Positions 11,557 to 23,300 of a stretch of DNA of 45,565 nucleotides are shown piece after piece. A program made the translations under genes and the position numbers. Positions within the stretch are counted from its first letter, which is position 1. Every line of letters begins with the position of its first letter. A model generated the notes under the pieces. The model had not been told where the DNA came from, searched no databases, and was given only the letters and a program-made list of their open reading frames with translations. This DNA comes from Nemertoderma westbladi (lineage: Eukaryota; Animalia; Xenacoelomorpha). The DNA lies in assembly GCA_032718475.1 (NCBI GenBank), contig JAUCBJ010004447.1, positions 1 through 45,565 on the forward strand, in the 5' to 3' direction.

Positions 11557-11948
11557 GTAAGTCACAATCGGAACAGGAACATCATACCTATTTATGGTTA
11601 AAAATATTCTAGAATCCGTAGCCCAATGATATATCAGATATATTTAAATAGCTAATGTTTTTCCACTTTACGTTCTCCCACAATTTTTTCCACTTCTAAA
11701 CAAAATCCTTATTATAATATTATTTATCCTGTCTGTTCCGTCATTGTAGCCAGTTCTGTGTATTTTTTATTTATAACCAGTTTTGTGTACTTTCCCTTAT
11801 TGACGTGGACTTTCTCGTGGAACCAGTTGTGCGGAGTGGACTAAACCTTTTGTAACCTGGGTGTGACTCTCCACTTTATAACCAATTATGTGCACCTTTC
11901 CCACATATACTTCACTTGTAACCAGTTCTGCGACGTTACCCTTTATAG

Positions 11949-12085
11949 CCAGTTCTGTGTACTTTCCAATCACAAAACCAAATAGAATACATTCATGAAC
12001 GCCGATTGGAGGAACTGGTTGCTAAGGGTTACAAACCCCCTAGAAAGAAATCCAAAGAAGACCTCGGGGAAAGCCAAGACGTCAG
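11949..12085 (+). CDS. DNAH6: DNAH6 coding exon 3
   Basis: ctttatag|CCA..AG|gttagt. PVLCTFQSQNQIEYIHE matches DNAH6 PVLK..EYIHE; phases 0/2. Confidence 0.82.
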
Positions 12086-12871
12086 GTTAGTTAACACAGT
12101 AGGTCCTGGGTAAGGCGCTGGTGCAGCTAACAGATGTAGTTTTAATTCAAAATTTAAACTTTTGTCATAAAAGGTGAATTTTGTTAGTGGTTATACTTTG
12201 AGTTTAAGGGTAGAGTATCAGCCGCTTTCATTGAAATATTTCCGAAATTTCCGCCTTTTTATTATTTTTATTAACGTACATAGTGGTAATCATAACTAAT
12301 ATATAATAAGCACTATAGAGAGGGATAATGGTGGTGGTATGAAGAACGTTTTAGCAATTTTACGAAAAAAATTGAAATGCCAATTAGTTTGCCAGTAATA
12401 ATATCGTATAAAATAGGTGGGGTAATTCACTAAATTCATTGTAATTTAATTCTTAATTCGTCAATATTATGCTTATCCAAATAAATAACAGTCAAGCTTA
12501 ATTTATTCTTTAACTAGTGTTCTTTATTGACTCTGGTTTATTAATTTTTAAATACATTTATGTTTTATATTTTACAATATTTTATATATTTATTCTGGAG
12601 TGAAGGATGACTTTTACAGTTATAAATCGTATAATGATAATGAATTTTATTATAAAATTATAAATCTTTAAATAATTTAAACAGAGTGAAAGACACTTTT
12701 TCGCTTCATTAAAATCCTTTATAATTTATGCAATTTATTGTTGATGTTTAACATCTAAAAATTAAGTATTGGAGTGATTGGCACAAAATTGTTCAGGCAT
12801 CCATTACCCACAGCGAGATTTCTATAAAATGCGCTACCTTACAGAGCTGTCGATATTATTGGAATACACGA

Positions 12872-13255
12872 AGTGGGGACTTCGCGCAGCACGAAGTTGG
12901 CAGAGCCTTAGCGAATTGACACTGTTAGGGGGTAGGTCAATTTATGCAAATAGTCACGTTGGCCCTCTAGCGGCAGACTGGAGAACTGCAGATGGATTCG
13001 CCTCCTTTGAAAGTCACAGCTAATGGTCTAATACATATCTGCCAAGTTTCAGCTTAAACGGATTAAAAGCAAAGAAATGGGAGGGCATTTAATGTTTAGA
13101 CATGTGGCCCTCTAGCGGGAGACCATTGCACTGATGGTGTCTGAAAGTCTCTCAAAAATCTCAACTTTTGCTCATATTGATACCTACAAATTTTCAACTT
13201 GGCAGCTTTAAATCCGACAAAGTTATTAGCATGTCAAAATCGTAACGACGACGAC

Positions 13256-13287
<32 letters not shown>

Positions 13288-13386
13288 CAACGACGACGAC
13301 GACGACGACAACTATTTGCATAAATTGACCCACCCCCTAACAGTGTCAATTCGCTAAGGCTCCGCCAACTTCGTGGCTCGCCCCAC
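12872..13386. mobile_element. Non-autonomous DNA element with ~70-bp inverted ends and an internal (ACG)n microsatellite
   Basis: CACGAAGTTGGCAGAGCCTTAGCGAATTGACACTGTTAGGGGGTAGGTCAATTTATGCAAATAGT (about 12890-12954) is inverted at 13311-13375. (ACG)n at about 13245-13310. The terminal motif recurs at 44333. Confidence 0.7.
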
Positions 13387-13860
13387 AAACACTAAGAAAT
13401 AGCTTAACTACAGTACGAATAGTGGAATACCCAGTATTCTGTTATTGACTATATTTTACCTACTTGTGTGGATAAAACTGTTTGTAATATTGAACTATGA
13501 AAAAGAGCAACAGTTATGATTTTTGTACTATTATTTGCCAAGAACAGTTTGTTGTATTAACTCCAATTGGTTGAACAAAATTACGTATCATTGTATGAAA
13601 ATCTGAGTTATCAGCATTAAAGAACCTTGCTTGTTTTTTAAACATCGTCCCCAGCTCTAACTAAGTAACTAAGTAATGTGTTAGGTTGTCCTCTACTTAC
13701 AGTTCTAATATGCTGTAGAACACATCGCAATAAGGTCAATTAATACTAAAGGTGTCCAACGAAATTAGGAATTAAAAAGTTAGAATTTTTGTGGAAAAAA
13801 ATTATAATAGTACCTCGTTTGTTGGGCCAATTTTACTAAAAGTTTCCTTCTGTGGTATAG

Positions 13861-13948
13861 ATTTCCGACACGACTTCCTCCCATAGAAGTGGAAGACGAA
13901 AGGAGGAAATCGGCTTCGGCTCAAAGGCAGAAAGACGTCCCGTACAAG
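13861..13948 (+). CDS. DNAH6: DNAH6 coding exon 4
   Basis: ggtatag|ATT..TACAAG|gtgggt; 88 nt, phases 2/0, FPTRLPPIEVEDERRKSASAQRQKDVPYK. Bridges exon 3 and exon 5 in frame. Confidence 0.8.
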
Positions 13949-16900
13949 GTGGGTTTACTTAGAAGTCCCTTACAAGGTGGGTTTACTTAGAAGTCCCTTA
14001 CAAGGTGGGTTTACTTAGAAGTCCCTTACAAGGTGGGTTTACTTAGAAGTCCCTTACAAGGTGGGTTTACTTAGAAGTCCCTTACAAGGTGGGTTTACTT
14101 AGAAGTCCCTTACATAGTGGGTTTACTTAGAAGTCCCTTACAAGGTGGGTTTACTTAGAAGTCCCTTACATAGTGGGTTTACTTAGAAGTCCCTAATAAG
14201 GTGGGTTTACTTAGAAGTCCCTTACATAGTGGGTTTACTTAGAAGTCCCTTACAAGGTGGGTTTACTTAGAAGTCCCTTACATAGTGGGTTTACTTAGAA
14301 GTCCCGTACAAGGTGGGTTTACTTAGAAGTCCCTTACATAGTGGGTTTACTTAGAAGTCCCTAATAAGGTGGGTTTACTTAGAAGTCTCGTACAAGGTGG
14401 GTTTACTTAGAAGTCCCTAATAAGGTGGGTTTACTTAGAAGTCCCTTACATAGTGGGTTTACTTAGAAGTCCCTTACAAGGTGGGTTTACTTAGAAGTCC
14501 CTTACATAGTGGGTTTACTTAGAAGTCCCTAATAAGGTGGGTTTACTTAGAAGTCCCTTACATAGTGGGTTTACTTAGAAGTCCCTTAAAAGGTGGGTTT
14601 ACTTAGAAGTCCCTTACATAGTGGGTTTACTTAGAAGTCCCTAATAAGGTGGGTTTACTTAGAAGTCTCGTACAAGGTGGGTTTACTTAGAAGTCCCTAA
14701 TAAGGTGGGTTTACTTAGAAGTCCCTTACATAGTGGGTTTACTTAGAAGTCCCTTACAAGGTGGGTTTACTTAGAAGTCCCTTACATAGTGGGTTTACTT
14801 AGAAGTCCCGTACAAGGTGGGTTTACTTAGAAGTCCCTTACATAGTGGGTTTACTTAGAAGTCCCTAATAAGGTGGGTTTACTTAGAAGTCTCGTACAAG
14901 GTGGGTTTACTTAGAAGTCCCTAATAAGGTGGGTTTACTTAGAAGTCCCTTACATAGTGGGTTTACTTAGAAGTCCCTTACAAGGTGGGTTTACTTAGAA
15001 GTCCCTTACATAGTGGGTTTACTTAGAAGTCCCTAATAAGGTGGGTTTACTTAGAAGTCCCTTACATAGTGGGTTTACTTAGAAGTCCCTTACAAGGTGG
15101 GTTTACTTAGAAGTCCCTTACATAGTGGGTTTACTTAGAAGTCCCTAATAAGGTGGGTTTACTTAGAAGTCCCTTACAAGGTGGGTTTACTTAGAAGTCC
15201 CTAATAAGGTGGGTTTACTTAGAAGTCCCTTACATAGTGGGTTTACTTAGAAGTCCCTTACAAGGTGGGTTTACTTAGAAGTCTCGTACAAGGTGGGTTT
15301 ACTTAGAAGTCCCTAATAAGGTGGGTTTACTTAGAAGTCCCTTACATAGTGGGTTTACTTAGAAGTCCCTTACAAGGTGGGTTTACTTAGAAGTCCCTTA
15401 CAAGGTGGGTTTACTTAGAAGTCCCTTACATAGTGGGTTTACTTAGAAGTCCCTAATAAGGTGGGTTTACTTAGAAGTCCCTTACAAGGTGGGTTTACTT
15501 AGAAGTCCCTTACAAGGTGGGTTTACTTAGAAGTCCCTTACATAGTGGGTTTACTTAGAAGTCCCTAATAAGGTGGGTTTACTTAGAAGTCCCTTACAAG
15601 GTGGGTTTACTTAGAAGTCCCTTACAAGGTGGGTTTACTTAGAAGTCCCTTACATAGGTGGGTTTACTTAGAAGTCCCTTACATAGTGGGTTTACTTAGA
15701 AGTCCCTTACAAGGTGGGTTTACTTAGAAGTCCCTAATAAGGTGGGTTTACTTAGAAGTCCCTTACAAGGTGGGTTTACTTAGAAGTCCCTTACAAGGTG
15801 GGTTTACTTAGAAGTCCCTTACATAGTGGGTTTACTTAGAAGTCCCTTACATAGGTGGGTTTACTTAGAAGTCCCTTACATAGGTGGGTTTACTTAGAAG
15901 TCCCTTACATAGTGGGTTTACTTAGAAGTCCCTTACAAGGTGGGTTTACTTAGAAGTCCCTTACAAGGTGGGTTTACTTAGAAGTCCCTTACATAGGTGG
16001 GTTTACTTAGAAGTCCCTTACATAGTGGGTTTACTTAGAAGTCCCTTACATAGTGGGTTTACTTAGAAGTCCCTAATAAGGTGGGTTTACTTAGAAGTCC
16101 CTTACAAGGTGGGTTTACTTAGAAGTCCCTAATAAGGTGGGTTTACTTAGAAGTCCCTTACATAGTGGGTTTACTTAGAAGTCCCTTACAAGGTGGGTTT
16201 ACTTAGAAGTCCCTTACAAGGTGGGTTTACTTAGAAGTCCCTTACAAGGTGGGTTTACTTAGAAGTCCCTTACATAGTGGGTTTACTTAGAAGTCCCTAA
16301 TAAGGTGGGTTTACTTAGAAGTCCCTTACAAGGTGGGTTTACTTAGAAGTCCCTTACATAGTGGGTTTACTTAGAAGTCCCTAATAAGGTGGGTTTACTT
16401 AGAAGTCCCTTACATAGGTGGGTTTACTTAGAAGTCCCTTACAAGGTGGGTTTACTTAGAAGTCCCTTACATAGTGGGTTTACTTAGAAGTCCCTTACAT
16501 AAGTGTGGGTTTACTTAGAAGTCCCTAATAAGGTGGGTTTACTTAGAAGTCCCTTACATAGGTGGGTTTACTTAGAAGTCCCTTACAAGGTGGGTTTACT
16601 TAGAAGTCCCTTACATAGTGGGTTTACTTAGAAGTCCCTTACATAGTGGGTTTACTTAGAAGTCCCTTACAAGGTGGGTTTACTTAGAAGTCCCTTACAT
16701 AGTGGGTTTACTTAGAAGTCCCTAATAAGGTGGGTTTACTTAGAAGTCCCTTACATAGTGGGTTTACTTAGAAGTCCCTTACAAGGTGGGTTTACTTAGA
16801 AGTCCCTTACAAGGTGGGTTTACTTAGAAGTCCCTTACAAGGTGGGTTTACTTAGAAGTCCCTTACATAGTGGGTTTACTTAGAAGTCCCTAATAAGGTG

Positions 16901-19900
16901 GGTTTACTTAGAAGTCCCTAATAAGGTGGGTTTACTTAGAAGTCCCTTACATAGTGGGTTTACTTAGAAGTCCCTTACAAGGTGGGTTTACTTAGAAGTC
17001 CCTTACATAGTGGGTTTACTTAGAAGTCCCTTACAAGGTGGGTTTACTTAGAAGTCCCTTACATAGTGGGTTTACTTAGAAGTCCCTAATAAGGTGGGTT
17101 TACTTAGAAGTCCCTAATAAGGTGGGTTTACTTAGAAGTCCCTTACATAGTGGGTTTACTTAGAAGTCCCTAATAAGGTGGGTTTACTTAGAAGTCCCTT
17201 ACATAGTGGGTTTACTTAGAAGTCCCTTACAAGGTGGGTTTACTTAGAAGTCCCTTACATAGTGGGTTTACTTAGAAGTCCCTTACAAGGTGGGTTTACT
17301 TAGAAGTCCCTTACATAGTGGGTTTACTTAGAAGTCCCTAATAAGGTGGGTTTACTTAGAAGTCCCTTACATAGTGGGTTTACTTAGAAGTCCCTAATAA
17401 GGTGGGTTTACTTAGAAGTCCCTTACATAGTGGGTTTACTTAGAAGTCCCTTACAAGGTGGGTTTACTTAGAAGTCCCTAACAAGGTGGGTTTACTTAGA
17501 AGTCCCTTACAAGGTGGGTTTACTTAGAAGTCCCTTACATAGTGGGTTTACTTAGAAGTCCCTTAAGTGGGTTTACTTAGAAGTCCCTAATAGTGGGTTT
17601 ACTTAGAAGTCCCTTACATAGTGGGTTTACTTAGAAGTCCCTTACAAGGTGGGTTTACTTAGAAGTCCCTTACATAGTGGGTTTACTTAGAAGTCCCTTA
17701 CATAGGTGGGTTTACTTAGAAGTCCCTTACAAGGTGGGTTTACTTAGAAGTCCCTTACATAGTGGGTTTACTTAGAAGTCCCTAATAAGGTGGGTTTACT
17801 TAGAAGTCCCTTACATAGTGGGTTTACTTAGAAGTCCCTTACAAGGTGGGTTTACTTAGAAGTCCCTTACATAGTGGGTTTACTTAGAAGTCCCTAATAA
17901 GGTGGGTTTACTTAGAAGTCCCTTACAAGGTGGGTTTACTTAGAAGTCCCTTACATAGTGGGTTTACTTAGAAGTCCCTAATAAGGTGGGTTTACTTAGA
18001 AGTCCCTAATAAGGTGGGTTTACTTAGAAGTCCCTTACATAGTGGGTTTACTTAGAAGTCCCTAATAAGGTGGGTTTACTTAGAAGTCCCTTACATAGTG
18101 GGTTTACTTAGAAGTCCCTTACAAGGTGGGTTTACTTAGAAGTCCCTAACAAGGTGGGTTTACTTAGAAGTCCCTTACAAGGTGGGTTTACTTAGAAGTC
18201 CCTTACATAGTGGGTTTACTTAGAAGTCCCTGATAAGGTGGGTTTACTTAGAAGTCCCTTACATAGTGGGTTTACTTAGAAGTCCCTTACAAGGTGGGTT
18301 TACTTAGAAGTCCCTTACATAGTGGGTTTACTTAGAAGTCCCTAATAAGGTGGGTTTACTTAGAAGTCCCTTACAAGGTGGGTTTACTTAGAAGTCCCTT
18401 ACATAGTGGGTTTACTTAGAAGTCCCTAATAAGGTGGGTTTACTTAGAAGTCCCTTACAAGGTGGGTTTACTTAGAAGTCCCTTACATAGTGGGTTTACT
18501 TAGAAGTCCCTAATAAGGTGGGTTTACTTAGAAGTCCCTTACATAGTGGGTTTACTTAGAAGTCCCTTACAAGGTGGGTTTACTTAGAAGTCCCTAACAA
18601 GGTGGGTTTACTTAGAAGTCCTTTACAAGGTGGGTTTACTTAGAAGTCCCTTACATAGTGGGTTTACTTAGAAGTCCCTAATAAGGTGGGTTTACTTAGA
18701 AGTCCCTTACAAGGTGGGTTTACTTAGAAGTCCCTTACATAGTGGGTTTACTTAGAAGTCCCTAATAAGGTGGGTTTACTTAGAAGTCCCTTACAAGGTG
18801 GGTTTACTTAGAAGTCCCTTACAAGGTGGGTTTACTTAGAAGTCCCTTACATAGTGGGTTTACTTAGAAGTCCCTAATAAGGTGGGTTTACTTAGAAGTC
18901 CCTTACAAGGTGGGTTTACTTAGAAGTCCCTTACATAGTGGGTTTACTTAGAAGTCCCTAATAAGGTGGGTTTACTTAGAAGTCCCTTACAAGGTGGGTT
19001 TACTTAGAAGTCCCTTACAAGGTGGGTTTACTTAGAAGTCCCTTACATAGTGGGTTTACTTAGAAGTCCCTAATAAGGTGGGTTTACTTAGAAGTCCCTT
19101 ACAAGGTGGGTTTACTTAGAAGTCCCTTACGAGGTGGGTTTACTTAGAAGTCCCTTACACGGTGGGTTTACTTAGAAGTCCCTTACAAGGTGGGTTTTCT
19201 TAGAAGTCCCTTACAAGGTGGGTTTACTTAGAAGTCCCTTACATAGTGGGTTTACTTAGAAGTCCCTAATAAGGTGGGTTTACTTAGAAGTCCCTTACAT
19301 AGTGGGTTTACTTAGAAGTCCCTTACAAGGTGGTTTTACTTATAAGTCCCTTACATAGTGGGTTTACTTAGAAGTCCCTAATAAGGTGGGTTTACTTAGA
19401 AGTCCCTTACAAGGTGGGTTTACTTAGAAGTCCCTTACATGGCGGATTTACTTAGAAGTCCCTTACAAGGTGGGTTTACTTAGAAGTCCCTTACATAGTG
19501 GGTTTACTTAGAAGTCCCTTACAAGGTGGGTTTACTTAGAAGTCCCTTACATAGTGGGTTTACTTAGAAGTCCCTTACAAGGTGGGTTTACTTAGAAGTC
19601 CCTTACATAGTGGGTTTACTTAGAAGTCCCTTACAAGGTGGGTTTACTTAGAAGTCCCTTACATAGTGGGTTTACTTAGAAGTCCCTAATAAGGTGGGTT
19701 TACTTAGAAGTCCCTTACATAGTGGGTTTATTTAGAAGTCCCTTACAAGGTGTGTTTACTTAGAAGTCCCTTACATAGTGGGTTTACTTAGAAGTCCCTA
19801 ATAAGGTGGGTTTACTTAGAAGTCCCTTACATAGTGGGTTTACTTAGAAGTCCCTAATAAGGTGGGTTTACTTAGAAGTCCCTTACAAGGTGGGTTTACT

Positions 19901-20322
19901 TAGAAGTCCCTTACATAGTGGGTTTACTTAGAAGTCCCTTACAAGGTGGGTTTACTTAGAAGTCCCTTACATAGTGGGTTTACTTAGAAGTCCCTAATAA
20001 GGTGGGTTTACTTAGAAGTCCCTTACATAGTGGGTTTATTTAGAAGTCCCTTACAAGGTGTGTTTACTTAGAAGTCCCTTACATAGTGGGTTTACTTAGA
20101 AGTCCCTAATAAGGTGGGTTTACTTAGAAGTCCCTTACATAGTGGGTTTACTTAGAAGTCCCTAATAAGGTGGGTTTACTTAGAAGTCCCTTACAAGGTG
20201 GGTTTACTTAGAAGTCCCTTACATGGTGGATTTACTTAGAAGTCCCTTACAAGGTGGGTTTACTTAGAAGTCCCTTACAAGGTGGGTTTACTTAGAAGTC
20301 CCTTACAAGGTGGGTTTACTTA
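13937..20322 (+). repeat. 28-bp tandem array, 228 copies, each a copy of the exon-4 donor junction (GTCCCTTACAAG|GTGGGTTTACTTAGAA)
   Basis: First GT at 13949, last at 20310; distance 6361 = 227 x 28 + 5, with seven +1, one +3, one -3 and one -2 indels located by eye. Confidence 0.95.
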
Positions 20323-20393
20323 TATTGATATTTGCAATTGATTTTTTAACCACTTTGTTGGCATTTCTGTTAATTTTGAATTCGGATTGACTA

Positions 20394-23300
20394 TATAACA
20401 ACTTATTTGGCTGCAGGATGTCGGCTATTGTCCCGGTTCGATCTCTATAACTCTTTATTTGGCTGCAGGGTGTCGGCTATTGTCCCGGTTCGATCTCTAT
20501 AGCACTTTATTTGGCTGCAGGGTGTCTGTTATTGTCCCGGTTCGATCTCTATAACTCTTTATTTGGCTGCAGGGTGTCGGCTATTGTCCCGGTTCGATCT
20601 CTATAACTCTTTATTTGGCTGCAGGGTGTCGGCTATTGTCCCGGTTCGATCTCTATAACTCTTTATTTGGCTGCAGGGTGTCGGCTATTGTCCCGGTTCG
20701 ATCTCTATAACTCTTTATTTGGGTGCAGGGTGTCGGCTATTGTCCCGGTTCGATCTCTATAACCCTTTATTTGGCTGCAGGGTGTCGGCTATTGTCCCGG
20801 TTCGATCTCTATAACCCTTTATTTGGCTGCAGGGTGTCGGTTATTGTCCCGGTTCGATCTCTATAACTCTTTATTTGGCTGCAGGGTGTCGGCTATTGTC
20901 CCGGTTCGATCTCTATAACCCTTTATTTGGCTGCAGGGTGTCGGCTATTGTCCCGGTTCGATCTCTATAACTCTTTATTTGGCTGAAGGGTGTCGGCTAT
21001 TGTCCCGGTTCGATATCTATAACACTTTATTTGGCTGCAGGGTGTCGGTTATTGTCCCGGTTCGATCACTATAACTCTTTATTTGGCTGCATAGTGTCGG
21101 GTATTGTCCCTGTTCTATCACTATAACCCTTTATTTTGCTGTAGGGTGTCGGCTATTTTCCCTGTTCTATCTCTATAACTCTTTATTTGGCTGCAGGGTG
21201 TCGGCTATTGTCCCGGTTCGATCACTATAACACTTTATTTGGCTGCAGGGTGTCGGCTATTGTCCCGGTTCGATCTCTATAACTCTTTATTTGGCTGCAG
21301 GGTGTCGGTTATTGTCCCGGTTCGATCTCTATAACTCTTTATTTGGCTGCAGGGTGTCGGCCATTGTCCCGGTTCGATATCTATAACACTTTATTTGGCT
21401 GCAGGGTGTCTGTTATTGTCCCGGTTCGATCTCTATAACTCTTTATTTGGCTGCAGGGTGTCGGCTATTGTCCCGGTTCGATCTCTATAACTCTTTATTT
21501 GGCTGCAGGGTGTCGGTTATTGTCCCGGTTCGATCACTATAACTCTTTATTTGGCTGCAGGGTGTCGGCTATTGTTCCGGTTCGATCTCTATAACTCTTT
21601 ATTTGGCTGCAGGGTGTCGGCTATTGTCCCTGTTCTATCACTATAACCCTTTATTTGGCTGCAGGGTGTCGGCTATTGTCCCGGTTCGATCTCTATAACT
21701 CTTTATTTGGCTGCAGGGTGTCGGCTATTGTCCCGGTTCGATCTCTATAACTCTTTATTTGGCTGCAGGGTGTCGGCTATTGTCCCGGTTCGATCTCTAT
21801 AACTCTTTATTTGGCTGCAGGGTGTCGGCTATTGTCCCGGTTCGATCTCTATAACTCTTTATTTGGCTGCAGGGTGTCGGCTATTGTCCCGGTTCGATCT
21901 CTATAACTCTTTATTTGGCTGCAGGGTGTCGGCTATTGTCCCGGTTCGATCTCTATAACTCTTTATTTGGCTGCAGGGTGTCGGCTATTGTCCCGGTTCG
22001 ATCTCTATAACTCTTTTGCAGGGTGTCGGCTATTGTCCCGGTTCGATCTCTATAACTCTTTATTTGGCTGCATGGTGTCGGCTATTGTCCCGGTTCGATC
22101 TCTATAACTCTTTATTTGGCTGCAGGGTGTCGGTTATTGTCCCGGTTCGATCTCTATAACTCTTTATTTGGCTGCAGGGTGTCGGCTATTGTCCCGGTTC
22201 GATCTCTATAACTCTTTATTTGGCTGCAGGGTGTCGGCTATTGTCCCGGTTCGATCTCTATAACTCTTTATTTGGCTGCAGGGTGTCGGCTATTGTCCCG
22301 GTTCGATATCTATAACACTTTATTTGGCTGCAGGGTGTCGGCTATTGTCCCGGTTCGATCTCTATAACTCTTTATTTGGCTGCAGGGTGTCGGCTATTGT
22401 CCCGGTTCGATCTCTATAACTCTTTATTTGGCTGCAGGGTGTCGGCTATTGTCCCGGTTCGATCTCTATAACTCTTTATTTGGCTGCAGGGTGTCTGTTA
22501 TTGTCCCGGTTCGATCTCTATAACTCTTTATTTGGCTGCAGGGTGTCGGCTATTGTCCCGGTTCGATATCTATAACACTTTATTTGGCTGCAGGGTGTCT
22601 GTTATTGTCCCGGTTCGATCTCTATAACTCTTTATTTGGCTGCAGGGTGTCGGCTATTGTCCCGGTTCGATATCTATAACACTTTATTTGGCTGCAGGGT
22701 GTCGGCTATTGTCCCGGTTCGATCACTATAACTCTTTATTTGGCTGCAGGGTGTCGGCTATTGTCCTGGTTCGATCTCTATAACTCTTTATTTGGCTGTA
22801 GGGTGTCGGCTATTGTCCCGGTTCGATCTCTATAACTCTTTATTTGGCTGCAGGGTGTCGGCTATTGTCCCGGTTCGATCTCTATAACTCTTTATTTGGC
22901 TGCAGGGTGTCGGCTATTGTCCCGGTTCGATATCAATAACACTTTATTTGGCTGCAGGGTGTCTGTTATTGTCCCGGTTCGATCTCTATAACTCTTTATT
23001 TGGCTGCAGGGTGTCGGCTATTGTCCCGGTTCGATCTCTATAACTCTTTATTTGGCTGCAGGGTGTCGGCTATTGTCCCGGTTCGATCTCTATAACTCTT
23101 TATTTGGCTGCAGGGTGTCGGCTATTGTCCCGGTTCGATATCTATAACTCTTTATTTGGCTGCAGGGTGTCGGCTATTGTCCCGGTTCGATCACTATAAC
23201 TCTTTATTTGGCTGCAGGGTGTCGGCTATTGTCCCGGTTCGATCTCTATAACTCTTTATTTGGCTGCAGGGTGTCGGCTATTGTCCCGGTTCGATCTCTA

